A stretch of 17,003 bases of DNA from Cyanobacteria bacterium J06626_4 (GCA_038523235.1 JBCBJQ010000009.1:99960-116962); one strand, 5' to 3'. Positions 1-8,556 are shown, numbered from the stretch's first letter. Made by a program: numbers and translations. Notes: generated by a model from the sequence alone, not told the origin.

Positions 1-27
1 GTTGGAATTCAAATCTAGTAACGCCAT
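1..27 (-). CDS. Possible N-terminus of a gene running off the left edge (MALLDLNSN...), product unknown
   Basis: ATG at 27 on the minus strand, with an open frame to position 1. It lies directly downstream of the structured element. Only 9 codons are visible and there is no clear SD. Confidence 0.35.
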
Positions 28-248
28 CAGACGCACAAATTAAAACAGCTTAAATTAAGTTCCTGTGGGGCTCGCAGTCAATTTGAGTAGCCATGCATTG
101 GGTTGCTCACCCTTAGCGAAGGAGCAGGCTAACAATTGACTCGATGTCTTCTCGACTAAGTTTCAGTGCGGTGTCAAAATTTTCCTGTAGACACCAGATT
201 CACAATCTTAGGAATCTGCACTAACACAGTGAAACTGCCTGATGGCAT
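21..248 (-). ncRNA. Candidate structured RNA (retron msr/msd-like or structured 5' leader)
   Basis: Minus-strand 12-bp closing stem ATGCCATCAGGC (248-237) / GTCTGATGGCGT (32-21) with two G-U pairs. A multibranch domain at 159-236 contains two hairpins, and there is a long hairpin at 76-141. Confidence 0.5.
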
Positions 249-718
249 GAGCCTTTTACTCATGCTGAATGACGAAGACGATCGCATTAAAAAGGGGCAA
301 AACTCAAAAGGGGGCTCTGCATTCAACGGGCTTTCAAGATATCAACAGCTCCGACGAATCTCACAATCATCCTGTTACTAAGAGACTCTAAAAACCAAAC
401 GTTGGCAGATGCGGTAATGACACACTCACCTAGTTGACAGCTAGTGAGGTATCAAACCACCCAAAAGATACTCCAACGTCACAGGTCGGTAAAGTGTCGA
501 GATTACTCAGGCCTCAATGTATCGATTATCCCATCGCTTTAAGCAAGATTCTTGATTGCTCGCTCCACTCTCTAGATGAGCCGTCAAGACATTGCCCTGC
601 AGACACTTCAGCCACTTCAGCAAGAGTCATATGCCTTTCGATTTCTCACACTCATATCGGTAAGTACCAAGAACTTCTGTATTAAGTTGTCTAAAGAGCC
701 CGTGCTTTTGCTGAGTCA

Positions 719-1582
719 TTACAGCTCCCACGGTAAAGCCTCACTCGCCTCCGCTGCCGCTTGGGACTGGGCGATCGCTCGCAAGGCCTCCAGTCCACCA
801 AAATCAAACTGCTCGCGATCGGCCAGATGCGAGGGGGTGACATGCTGTAAGCCGCGAAAGATGGCATCGCCTCGGCCCGGTGAGTCGCGCTCCCACTGCG
901 CCAGCATTTGCTTGATCTGCACCCGCTGCAGGTTGTCTTGAGAGCCACAAAGCTGACAGGGAATAATCGGAAACTGGCGCTGGCGAGCATAGCGGGCAAT
1001 TTCCTTTTCCACACAATAGGCCAGGGGACGAATCACGATATGGCGGCGATCGTCCGTGAGTAGCTTCGGCGGCATGGCCTTCATGCCCCCGCCGTGAAAC
1101 AAATTGAGAAAGAAGGTCTCGACGATGTCATCGCGGTGATGCCCCAGGGCAATTTTGGTTGCGCCGGCTTCAGCAGCGACGCGATACAGGGCACCGCGAC
1201 GTAGCCGCGAACACAGCCCACACATGGTTTTGCCCTCAGGAATCACCCGCTTCACGACGCTGTAGGTATCTTGCTCGACGATGCGAAACGGCACCCCTAA
1301 CTGGGTGAGATACTCGGGCAAAACATGGGTCGGAAACCCCGGCTGCTTTTGATCAAGATTGACGGCAAACAGCTCAAACTCGACCGGGGCATTACGCTGC
1401 AGGCTGAGCAGCAGATCCAACAGGGTGTAAGAATCTTTGCCCCCCGATAGGCAAGCCATAATTTTGTCGCCGGCTTGAATCATGTCGTAGTCATGAATCG
1501 CTTTGCCTACGCGTGATCGCAGCCCCGCCTGCAGTTTCTTAAAGGTTTTAGAGGTGGGAGCCGTGGCGGCAGTCGCTGTCAT
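719..1582 (-). CDS. ttcA: tRNA 2-thiocytidine(32) synthetase TtcA
   Basis: PP-loop [17 protein letters not shown], CxxC motifs [10 protein letters not shown] and [16 protein letters not shown] and MPPKL. ATG at 1582 preferred over the ORF-track start at 1606. Confidence 0.95.
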   Translation of the reverse strand: MTATAATAPTSKTFKKLQAGLRSRVGKAIHDYDMIQAGDKIMACLSGGKDSYTLLDLLLSLQRNAPVEFELFAVNLDQKQPGFPTHVLPEYLTQLGVPFRIVEQDTYSVVKRVIPEGKTMCGLCSRLRRGALYRVAAEAGATKIALGHHRDDIVETFFLNLFHGGGMKAMPPKLLTDDRRHIVIRPLAYCVEKEIARYARQRQFPIIPCQLCGSQDNLQRVQIKQMLAQWERDSPGRGDAIFRGLQHVTPSHLADREQFDFGGLEALRAIAQSQAAAEASEALPWEL

Positions 1583-1742
1583 GATCAAAAAACGTAAAAG
1601 GGGCAAGCTCTATTGTAGGAAGCGGCGATCGCGGAACTCAAGAGGAGAATTGGGAATTCGAAGTTCGGTAGGCGAAACTCTGGACTTCCGATGCTTTGGG
1701 GCTCGGCCTTACCCACAGAAGCTGCGAAACTCCCGGCTTGCC

Positions 1743-2177
1743 TTAGGACTTGCGGGTGCGGTCTGGCATGATCGGCGGGGAATTAGGTCGAGACAGGGCA
1801 GCGACATCGCGGGTGTTTTTTTGGACGGCGATCGCGGCGAACAGGCTGAGCAAAAATGACATGGCATAGAAGCCTTTTTCGCTCAAAATCAAATTGGCAT
1901 TCCACAAGCCGATAATGAGTAGCGAGATGCAAAGAATTGTGGATAGCCAAGAAATGCCGTAGTAGAGATCGGTGACAGGAATGCCCTCATTGCGATCGCG
2001 CACCGTCTTTTGTACAGACACTGCAGCATATAAGCCGTACATCAAAATGGTGAAGTAAAAGCCCTTTTCATCTAATCCCATCGAGGACTTCCACAGGCCT
2101 GTGAGAAAGGCCGCCATGCCCATCGACAGGGCCGCATAGGAAGCCCCGATAAAGGCTGGAGTCGGTTTGGCAGTCAT
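1743..2177 (-). CDS. yiaA: Inner membrane protein YiaA (two yiaA/B two-helix repeats)
   Basis: Internal duplication GLW...EKGFY...QKTVRD / GLWNA...EKGFY...QKNTRD, four hydrophobic segments, and an AGGAGA SD upstream. Confidence 0.9.
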   Translation of the reverse strand: MTAKPTPAFIGASYAALSMGMAAFLTGLWKSSMGLDEKGFYFTILMYGLYAAVSVQKTVRDRNEGIPVTDLYYGISWLSTILCISLLIIGLWNANLILSEKGFYAMSFLLSLFAAIAVQKNTRDVAALSRPNSPPIMPDRTRKS

Positions 2178-2268
2178 GGGTCAGTCTCCTTGTAGATAAG
2201 TAAATGTTGTGTAGCAGCAAGCTCAAAGTGTCCATAGATTGGGGGCTCTCAGCACAATTCTTGATCAG

Positions 2269-3393
2269 CTAAGAGGCATAATCCCACGCGGCAAAAGCTT
2301 CGTGCCACTCCTGTTGAAGCCGCTGCTGAATCTTGGTATCTAAGGCCGAAAAACGATTCTTGCGATAATTTTTTCGACTATCGAGATAGCTGCGCAATCG
2401 GGCATTTAGGGTGTCTGAATATGAGAGTTGGAATTGGTGATAAATCTGCTTGACCTCAGAGATCGGATCTTGCTCTAACGCTGAGAAGCTGACTTCATAG
2501 AACTGATCGGGCGGAATCAAGTGTCGCTGGGCAAAGTACGCATCATAGAGCAGGCGATAGCGACGCAAAATTGCTTGATCCAGAACTTCTAGATCAGGCT
2601 TTTGTAAATAAGTGAGCCAGCCAGCGGTATGGAAATAGTGCCGCATCGATTGAAAGACGTCATAGGGATGACGGTGAATGTGGATGAATTTTGCCTGTGG
2701 AAAAAGCTTTAATAACAGGCGAATTCGAGCGGTATGGGGCGGTGACTTTAATACAAGAGGTCGCTGGTATTTGAAGGTCAGTTTTTGGAGAAACCAGAGA
2801 AATTTGTGTTGCCAATGCTGCAACTCGTCGGGCGTCAGGTTTTCCAGAGTGAGATAGCGTTCATAGTGCTGCTCGGCATCGGGAAAAGAGAGCGCCAGGT
2901 AATAGGACTGCAGCGTCATGAGGGCGATCGCAAATTCATCTTCTTGAGGCGAATTCACCTTGAGTTGCATGTTGTCCATGGGGCGGCGATCAGGCACTAG
3001 CTTTGCTAGCCATCGACTCAACAGCGGCTCAGTTGAGAGGAATGTTTGCGGGCTCATCACTTCGAAGGTATTGGGATAGGCCAGTTGCTCAATATCTAAG
3101 GCCAGCAGCTCATGCAAAAAAGTCGTGCCGCTGCGCCAATGACCGAGAATAAAAATGGGGTCGGTGGTTAATTCGGTCGCGGCGATCGCGCGGTCGTAGC
3201 GCCAAGATTCAACACTGCTGAGCACTGTGCTCAACCCACTCATTACCGTCGTCGCTGCCACCCGATGCCAGTAGGCTGGGGAGACGTGAAAGTGGTTTTG
3301 CTTTAATAACGACCACCAGCGATCAAAAGTAATACCGACTAAATAGTTGCCATCCAAATGCCACTGGTAGGGAAGTGAGGGAGAAGAGAACAT
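2269..3393 (-). CDS. PAPS-dependent sulfotransferase family protein (Stf3-like)
   Basis: 5'-PSB loop FILGHWRSGTTFLH, RPMDNM...PQEDEFA, VLKSPPH and 3'-PB IHIHRHPYDVFQS. ATG at 3393 preferred over TTG at 3495. Confidence 0.9.
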   Translation of the reverse strand: MFSSPSLPYQWHLDGNYLVGITFDRWWSLLKQNHFHVSPAYWHRVAATTVMSGLSTVLSSVESWRYDRAIAATELTTDPIFILGHWRSGTTFLHELLALDIEQLAYPNTFEVMSPQTFLSTEPLLSRWLAKLVPDRRPMDNMQLKVNSPQEDEFAIALMTLQSYYLALSFPDAEQHYERYLTLENLTPDELQHWQHKFLWFLQKLTFKYQRPLVLKSPPHTARIRLLLKLFPQAKFIHIHRHPYDVFQSMRHYFHTAGWLTYLQKPDLEVLDQAILRRYRLLYDAYFAQRHLIPPDQFYEVSFSALEQDPISEVKQIYHQFQLSYSDTLNARLRSYLDSRKNYRKNRFSALDTKIQQRLQQEWHEAFAAWDYAS

Positions 3394-3626
3394 TGTTGTT
3401 AGAGAGTGCGAGGTATGAAACTTAGAAAAAAGAATTCTGAAGGCAGAATTCGAAAGGTGAAAAGGGACACTCAAATCCCACAATTCAAGCCTCAAACTTG
3501 AGCCTAAAAATGAAGAGTTTAGCCTGGGTAAAGTGGCGGGAAAACTAGCAGCTGTGACCAGCAGAAATCAAAACTCAAAACTCTGAATTCCATAGGGCTC
3601 TGGCCTTCCCGCAGGACACTCAAAAT

Positions 3627-4103
3627 TCAAACATCCCAAGCGCCCGCATTGGCAATGCCATACTGCTGTCGAAGCAGATCAAGATCTTGATCCAGCACCG
3701 TTGCGGGGTCAATATAGGCGTCGATCGCAGGCCGAACGGTCATGCCCTGGCGCACGCCAGTGATGTAAAAGCGCAGAATTTCGTCGGGGCGATACACGGT
3801 GGCACTGCCCACGGTTTGGTGCCAACAGGCGCGCCAGAGCACTTCGACTAAAACACCCAAACTCTGTAGGTAGTAGGTCCAGGGGCGGCGGCGGGTCAGC
3901 GCCGTGAGTAGGAAGCCGATCAGGCGCATCTCGTCATCGATCGCGGTGCTGTAGCCAGTCACCACATGCATAATGTCGTGGCGCTGCAGGTCGCGCCAGG
4001 GCACGTTGATCCAGCCAACTTGCAGGTCGCGATCGCGCACAAAATCCGGATTCTGGGTGTAGTAGCGTTCTAGTCCCTGCCGCAAAGTTTGTGAACGGGT
4101 CAT
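3627..4103 (-). CDS. Coq4-like metal-binding protein
   Basis: HDIMHVVTGYSTAIDDE fits the HDxxH-x11-E Coq4 metal motif exactly. The start overlaps the upstream stop (ATGA at 4100-4103). Confidence 0.65.
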   Translation of the reverse strand: MTRSQTLRQGLERYYTQNPDFVRDRDLQVGWINVPWRDLQRHDIMHVVTGYSTAIDDEMRLIGFLLTALTRRRPWTYYLQSLGVLVEVLWRACWHQTVGSATVYRPDEILRFYITGVRQGMTVRPAIDAYIDPATVLDQDLDLLRQQYGIANAGAWDV

Positions 4104-5017
4104 GGCGTTGAGTCCTGAGCATACTGTCGATTGAGGGGTGGCGCGATCGCTGCGGTCTGGGCCGCCGCCTGCAGTTCTAAATAACGATGCAGATACTCCG
4201 ACAACAGCCCATGCAGCAGTAGATTGTGCGCTGCACCAAACGGACTGTTCGGCGCCAGGGGATGACGGTTGGTCACTGTGTGATTCCAGCGGTAGTCGCC
4301 GGTAAGCTGACTAAAATACAGCGCGAAGCTTTCATCAAACTGCAGCGACAACACCGCCCGCTGAAACTCATCGCTGGTGACAAACAGGGAGTAGCAAATC
4401 TTGAATAACTCCAGGGCTGACTCCATATCCAGCACTTGCAACCAGCCGCGTTGGGTCACGTCCACGTCAATCTCTAACGGTCGCAGACCGCTGTAGTCAA
4501 TCCCCCGCGATTGCACCTCCTCCAGCCAATGAGGGAATCTTTGCTGGGCTTGGTGATAATCCAGCACGAAGTTATAGAGGTTGATGTCGTGCTCTAAAAA
4601 CGCATTCGCGCCCAAATCTTCCACCGTGCGCGGATAAAGGCTAGAGCGGGCGATCGCCGGATCGGGGCCATTGTCGATTAAAAAATTGACGATGTTAGAG
4701 CCGATCGCCAAGTGACGCACGATCAGATGGCACGCCTCAGGGGTGGTGAAAGTCTTGAGAAACCAGACGGCTAGGCCATGCATCAACCGGTACGAACGAA
4801 ACTGAAAGGGCAGCAGCCGCTTCACGGTCATAATCGCGGCCATGCTGACATTGGCGACAACCTTGATCGGCATCAGTAAATAGTTGCGCGACCAGCTCTG
4901 CAAGTCTTTAATCATGTAGGCTTTGGCCGTCGGGTCAACCGGAATCGCCGCATCAAAGTACAGCGCATCCCAATAGTTCGGGTCTTGGCGATCGCGCGGG
5001 TGGGGCATGTAGGTCAT
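4100..5017 (-). CDS. Uncharacterised protein (DUF6999-like) typically found beside DarB-like ketosynthases
   Basis: 305-aa ORF with ATGA overlaps at both ends. The N-terminal DPNYWDALYFD...SWSR..LLMP resembles DUF6999 proteins as recalled. Possible metal ligands: RH...GSN, EHD, DE, H. Confidence 0.7.
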   Translation of the reverse strand: MTYMPHPRDRQDPNYWDALYFDAAIPVDPTAKAYMIKDLQSWSRNYLLMPIKVVANVSMAAIMTVKRLLPFQFRSYRLMHGLAVWFLKTFTTPEACHLIVRHLAIGSNIVNFLIDNGPDPAIARSSLYPRTVEDLGANAFLEHDINLYNFVLDYHQAQQRFPHWLEEVQSRGIDYSGLRPLEIDVDVTQRGWLQVLDMESALELFKICYSLFVTSDEFQRAVLSLQFDESFALYFSQLTGDYRWNHTVTNRHPLAPNSPFGAAHNLLLHGLLSEYLHRYLELQAAAQTAAIAPPLNRQYAQDSTP

Positions 5018-7050
5018 CGGTCGATCTCCTCTAGTTGCAGGCGATATAGGCGGGCGGTGGTCTGTGCCGTTTTGACAATGCGGGCGGCGATCGCGGGCGT
5101 CATCCAGTCAGCATTGAGAAACGTATCGAGCTTTTGCGTGTGGGCCTCGTCGTTTTCGCCGTGGTAGGTCAAAAACGAAACCTGGGTTTTATTCAGCGCC
5201 AGGGTTTGCTGAATTTGAGTCGCCCACTGGCCCGCCATGCGGTTACCCAATCCTTCAATCACAAAGATGCTGCCCAGTAAATCAATCGGATTTTCGCCCG
5301 AGGCGCGCTGAAAGATGTAGGCCGATAGCGCTTCTGAGCCGATATTTTGCTCTGCAGTCAAAATCTCGTCGAGCAGCCCACCCACCGAGACATAGTCACG
5401 CTCGAGCATTTGAAAGTCGCGGTGCTCGTCGCGGGCGTGGGTGATGAGGTGCGATCGCAGCGCAAAGTCTGTCATGTTCGAAGCGGCGCGCGTAATCCAT
5501 CGAGCCCCGTCTACAACTTGGGGACGCAGGTTCCGCAGTAGGGCTTTGTAATCCTCTAGGGTGAAGTTGCCTTGGTAGAGCCGCTGAATAATCGGCACCG
5601 ATCGCAGTTCGCGTTCAAAGGTTAGCCACACCAGCATCAACTGCCGTAGCAGCTCGGCAGAGACGGTCAGGTCAGCAGACGCGGGCAGCTCTGGGGAGAT
5701 TGCGAGGTCTGGGGTCGCAGAGGGAACTGGAGCGGCAGCCGGATCTGGAGCGTTGACGAGATCTACAGAGGTGGCAGTTGAATTTACGGATGGCAGCGGT
5801 GCAGCTGCCGGTGCAGCCATTGGTGCTTGAACCTGAACGGATGATTGAACCCAGGCTGGAGCCTGATCTGGCTCAGTGCCATCCACTACTGTCAGCATCA
5901 GGTAGGCTGTGGTAAAGCGACCACTCTCCGGTACAAAACAAAAGATCTTTTGCCCTGGCTGCAGCTTGCCCGAGTTGAACAGTTCCTCCAACATCAGGTA
6001 AATCGAGGCGCAGCCAGTGTTGCCTCGGGTGTAGAGGTTGGTGAACCATTTTTCCTCAGGAATCATGCAACCCGCTTTTTCCAACAGGTCGATAATCTGA
6101 CTGCGGAAAAAGTGTGATGAGTAGTGACACAAGAGCCAATCCACTTCGTCTGGGCGCACGCGACCGGCTTCGATTAGCCGCAGCCAACCTTCTACACCTA
6201 GCTGCACGACCTTGTCTAACAGGCGAATGTTTTGCCGCAGATCGATCGCGCCCTGTTGGGCCGCCACCGCCTGCGAAGGAAAGTCCATCCAGCTCTTTAA
6301 GGTCTCAGGATGCTCGACTCCGGCATACATGCATACCGGATGCGCGTTGGCATGGGAAATGGACTCAATCCACTCGACTTTGAGGCTGAGACCATGGGCC
6401 GCCGGGCGATCGCTAACCACACAGGCTCCCGCCCCGTCCGACAGCATCCACCGCAAAAACTCGGTGTCAAAAGACAGACTGTCGCCTGCTTGGAGGGCCG
6501 TTTCGGCTTCAAAGCGAGTGTGTTTAAACAGGCGAGACGCCAACTCCGAGGCAACGGCGATCGCCGTTTGCTTATGCCCTAACTGCACTTGCGAGGTGGC
6601 GTATTTCAAGGCAGCGACACCAGCACAGCACACACCTTGGTGCGAAGTCGCTTCCAACGGGGCCAGTTCTGGCAGTTCGCCATGCACCATACTGGCGAAG
6701 CCAGGCACCAGCAGATCGGGCCAGGTAGTGCCACAGGCCAGCAGATCAATCGCCCGCGGATTGAGTTGCGCTTGGGCCAGGACATCGCGCACAGCGGCGG
6801 CCGCCATTTGACTATTACTGATTGTGGTTTGCTGCTGACGATCTAGAGCGTAGTAGCGCTGCTGAATGCCGTTGCTTTTAAGAATACGATTCTTGACGCG
6901 AGAGGGGCGATCGCCCACTCTACCGAGATACGTTTCCATCTCATCGTTAGCAATGGGCTCACCCGGCAAATACTTGCCGATGTGAGTGATAAACGCCGAG
7001 TGATTGCTCGCCGCAGGGGGGATGGCAGATTGGAGAGAGAACGGTGGCAT
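5014..7050 (-). CDS. StlD/DarB-like beta-ketoacyl synthase III fused to a C-terminal heme-oxygenase-like (iron-containing redox enzyme) domain
   Basis: KAS Cys-His-Asn triad (GVCCAG, LCHYSS, GNTGCAS), FLRWMLSDGAGA and VPESGRF. A Pro/Ala-rich linker leads to HDO-type ligands HARDEHRD, IEGLG and YHGENDEAH. AGGAGG SD lies 7 nt upstream. Confidence 0.9.
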   Translation of the reverse strand: MPPFSLQSAIPPAASNHSAFITHIGKYLPGEPIANDEMETYLGRVGDRPSRVKNRILKSNGIQQRYYALDRQQQTTISNSQMAAAAVRDVLAQAQLNPRAIDLLACGTTWPDLLVPGFASMVHGELPELAPLEATSHQGVCCAGVAALKYATSQVQLGHKQTAIAVASELASRLFKHTRFEAETALQAGDSLSFDTEFLRWMLSDGAGACVVSDRPAAHGLSLKVEWIESISHANAHPVCMYAGVEHPETLKSWMDFPSQAVAAQQGAIDLRQNIRLLDKVVQLGVEGWLRLIEAGRVRPDEVDWLLCHYSSHFFRSQIIDLLEKAGCMIPEEKWFTNLYTRGNTGCASIYLMLEELFNSGKLQPGQKIFCFVPESGRFTTAYLMLTVVDGTEPDQAPAWVQSSVQVQAPMAAPAAAPLPSVNSTATSVDLVNAPDPAAAPVPSATPDLAISPELPASADLTVSAELLRQLMLVWLTFERELRSVPIIQRLYQGNFTLEDYKALLRNLRPQVVDGARWITRAASNMTDFALRSHLITHARDEHRDFQMLERDYVSVGGLLDEILTAEQNIGSEALSAYIFQRASGENPIDLLGSIFVIEGLGNRMAGQWATQIQQTLALNKTQVSFLTYHGENDEAHTQKLDTFLNADWMTPAIAARIVKTAQTTARLYRLQLEEIDR

Positions 7051-7057
7051 GACATAG

Positions 7058-7063
7058 CCTCCT
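7058..7063 (-). promoter_or_regulatory. Shine-Dalgarno AGGAGG of the ketosynthase fusion gene
   Basis: Perfect AGGAGG, 7 nt before the ATG at 7050. Confidence 0.75.
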
Positions 7064-7140
7064 GTAGAAAAGTACGGTCTTGTTCGCTGCTGTTAGTCGC
7101 ATTCTCCGCATTCGCTCTCTGCATTGCCAATGAGTAAGCG

Positions 7141-7206
7141 GCAGATCTAAGCAGCTCAAAGCAGGCCGTCGCAGCACTACGAAGTAGATCGAAGTAGTGC
7201 GAAGTA
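7141..7206. repeat. 10-bp-phased short direct repeats (GCAG x4, then CGAAGTA x3)
   Basis: GCAG at 7141, 7151, 7161 and 7171; CGAAGTA at 7180, 7190 and 7200; inverted repeat GCACTAC/GTAGTGC at 7174-7200. Confidence 0.55.
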
Positions 7207-7516
7207 TTTGTCATCCAGGTTGCTCGGTTCTGATGTCGATAGACCCAGTTGATTGCTGGAAAATTGCTGTCCCGTGTCGCGATCGCCCGATGCTGGGGAC
7301 TTAGCCGTTCCTTGTCTGAAAGCAGCTTTGCTGAGGGGTATATGCGGGTTGCTGCTGCGAACCACTAGACAATAGGCAGCGCCAAGATCAGAATTGGGCC
7401 ACCCGAGTAATGACGAATAAAAGACTCATAAGTGTTGGTCAGTTCTTTGCTAAATACAAGTGATACGCTGATAAAGCTCATCACGCTGCCAGACTTTACA
7501 CCTTTTTCTCCACCTC

Positions 7517-8149
7517 ATGATGTTCCCTCTTCTCAATCTTTCCTTTGCCCCCGTCACTGCCAACCTCTGGGCATTAGACAAGTTTGTGTGGGCGGATTAT
7601 CGGCTGGCGGTGCTCTTTACCGTTTTTTTGCCGCTCATTTTGTTGGTGTGGGCCTTTGTGCAGCAGGCGTCAGCGATTCAACTGCTGTTGACCATTTATT
7701 GGAAGGTGGCGAGCCTGTTGATGATCACGGTTTACCTGATGATTGGTGGCTTTTCCTTTAGCTTTGTGGCGGGTCTGATGGCGCGTCTCTTGATTCCGAT
7801 TAGCCTGTGGTTTTGGGAAGATCTGAACGAAGAAATTCGTGAACAACGCCCGTCGGCCCTGCGGTTTGTCTTTGTCGCCTGGCGTTGGGCCGTCACTGTT
7901 TATAGTGCGATCGGGGCCGTCTTTCTTGCCTTCTTTTTGCCCTGTGCCTTTTCGGCAACGCGCTTGGCCGATGCGACTTGCCAGGCTTGGCGACAGCCAC
8001 CTCTGCTCTACAAAGAGATCCTGCACGGCAGCTACACAAATGGCTTTGTGGCCTTTTTTGGCATTGTGGGCCTGATTGTTTACTTGCTGGTGTTGGCCTA
8101 CTTCGTCTTTATTCGACTCGGACGCCAAGGGCGTTCTGCGATGAGCTAA
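7517..8149 (+). CDS. DUF3177 family membrane protein
   Basis: VWADYRLAVLFTV..PLILL, IYWKVASLLMITVYL, SLWFWEDLNEEI and a C-terminal RLGRQGRSA, typical of this cyanobacterial family. Start codon uncertain. Confidence 0.85.
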   Translation: MMFPLLNLSFAPVTANLWALDKFVWADYRLAVLFTVFLPLILLVWAFVQQASAIQLLLTIYWKVASLLMITVYLMIGGFSFSFVAGLMARLLIPISLWFWEDLNEEIREQRPSALRFVFVAWRWAVTVYSAIGAVFLAFFLPCAFSATRLADATCQAWRQPPLLYKEILHGSYTNGFVAFFGIVGLIVYLLVLAYFVFIRLGRQGRSAMS

Positions 8150-8253
8150 AGCACTTGCTACACGCCCTGAGGCCAGGCAGTGTAGTGGGCTGAGGGGTGC
8201 GAGCGACCGCCAATTTTATCGAGCCAGCATGCTGATGTCATCGTCATTGCCCT

Positions 8254-8556
8254 ATGCCTGATCAACTTCCCATTCAGCGGCTTGAGCAATACACCTTTCG
8301 ATTTCCGCAAGAGGTGCTGATGGTGACTGCTCAAGTCAATAACGAAGAAGATATTGTGGTGGTGTTTCGTGGCTTCGCTAGTTCGCTGGTTAACCCGACC
8401 GCTGCAGATCCTGACATTCCTGTGTTGACACAAGACGCGCTGATCACTGCGATCGATCGGCTGCAAGGCCCCTACAATCCTGACCAGCCGAAATATCTAG
8501 AACAAAATATTCCCTGGGAGACCTTTCGCGATCGCCTCACCACGTTAGGACTCTAA
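8254..8556 (+). CDS. Conserved cyanobacterial/plastid hypothetical protein
   Basis: RLEQYT...EVL.V...VVFRGFASSL..PTAADPDIPVL...IDRLQGPYNP pattern. Confidence 0.8.
   Translation: MPDQLPIQRLEQYTFRFPQEVLMVTAQVNNEEDIVVVFRGFASSLVNPTAADPDIPVLTQDALITAIDRLQGPYNPDQPKYLEQNIPWETFRDRLTTLGL

Noticed and set aside
108..119. CACCCTTAGCGA resembles the start of the Ec86 retron msr on the plus strand
   Set aside because: No complementary TAAGGGTG arm was found downstream. The match is short, and the closing stem favours the minus strand.
60..188. ACAGGAA direct repeat (minus strand; 60-66 and 182-188) suggesting a DRT2-like rolling template encoding an endless ORF
   Set aside because: The spacing is 122 nt, not a multiple of 3, and all three plus-strand frames across the interval contain stops.
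166..941. ORF-track ORFs 166-381, 434-685 and 576-941
   Set aside because: No recognisable motifs. They overlap the structured element or lie antisense to ttcA.
3566..3630. TCAAAA(C/T) heptamer-like repeats between the Coq4-like and sulfotransferase genes
   Set aside because: Too few and degenerate. Resembles ordinary cyanobacterial intergenic short-repeat noise, with no CRISPR-like spacing.
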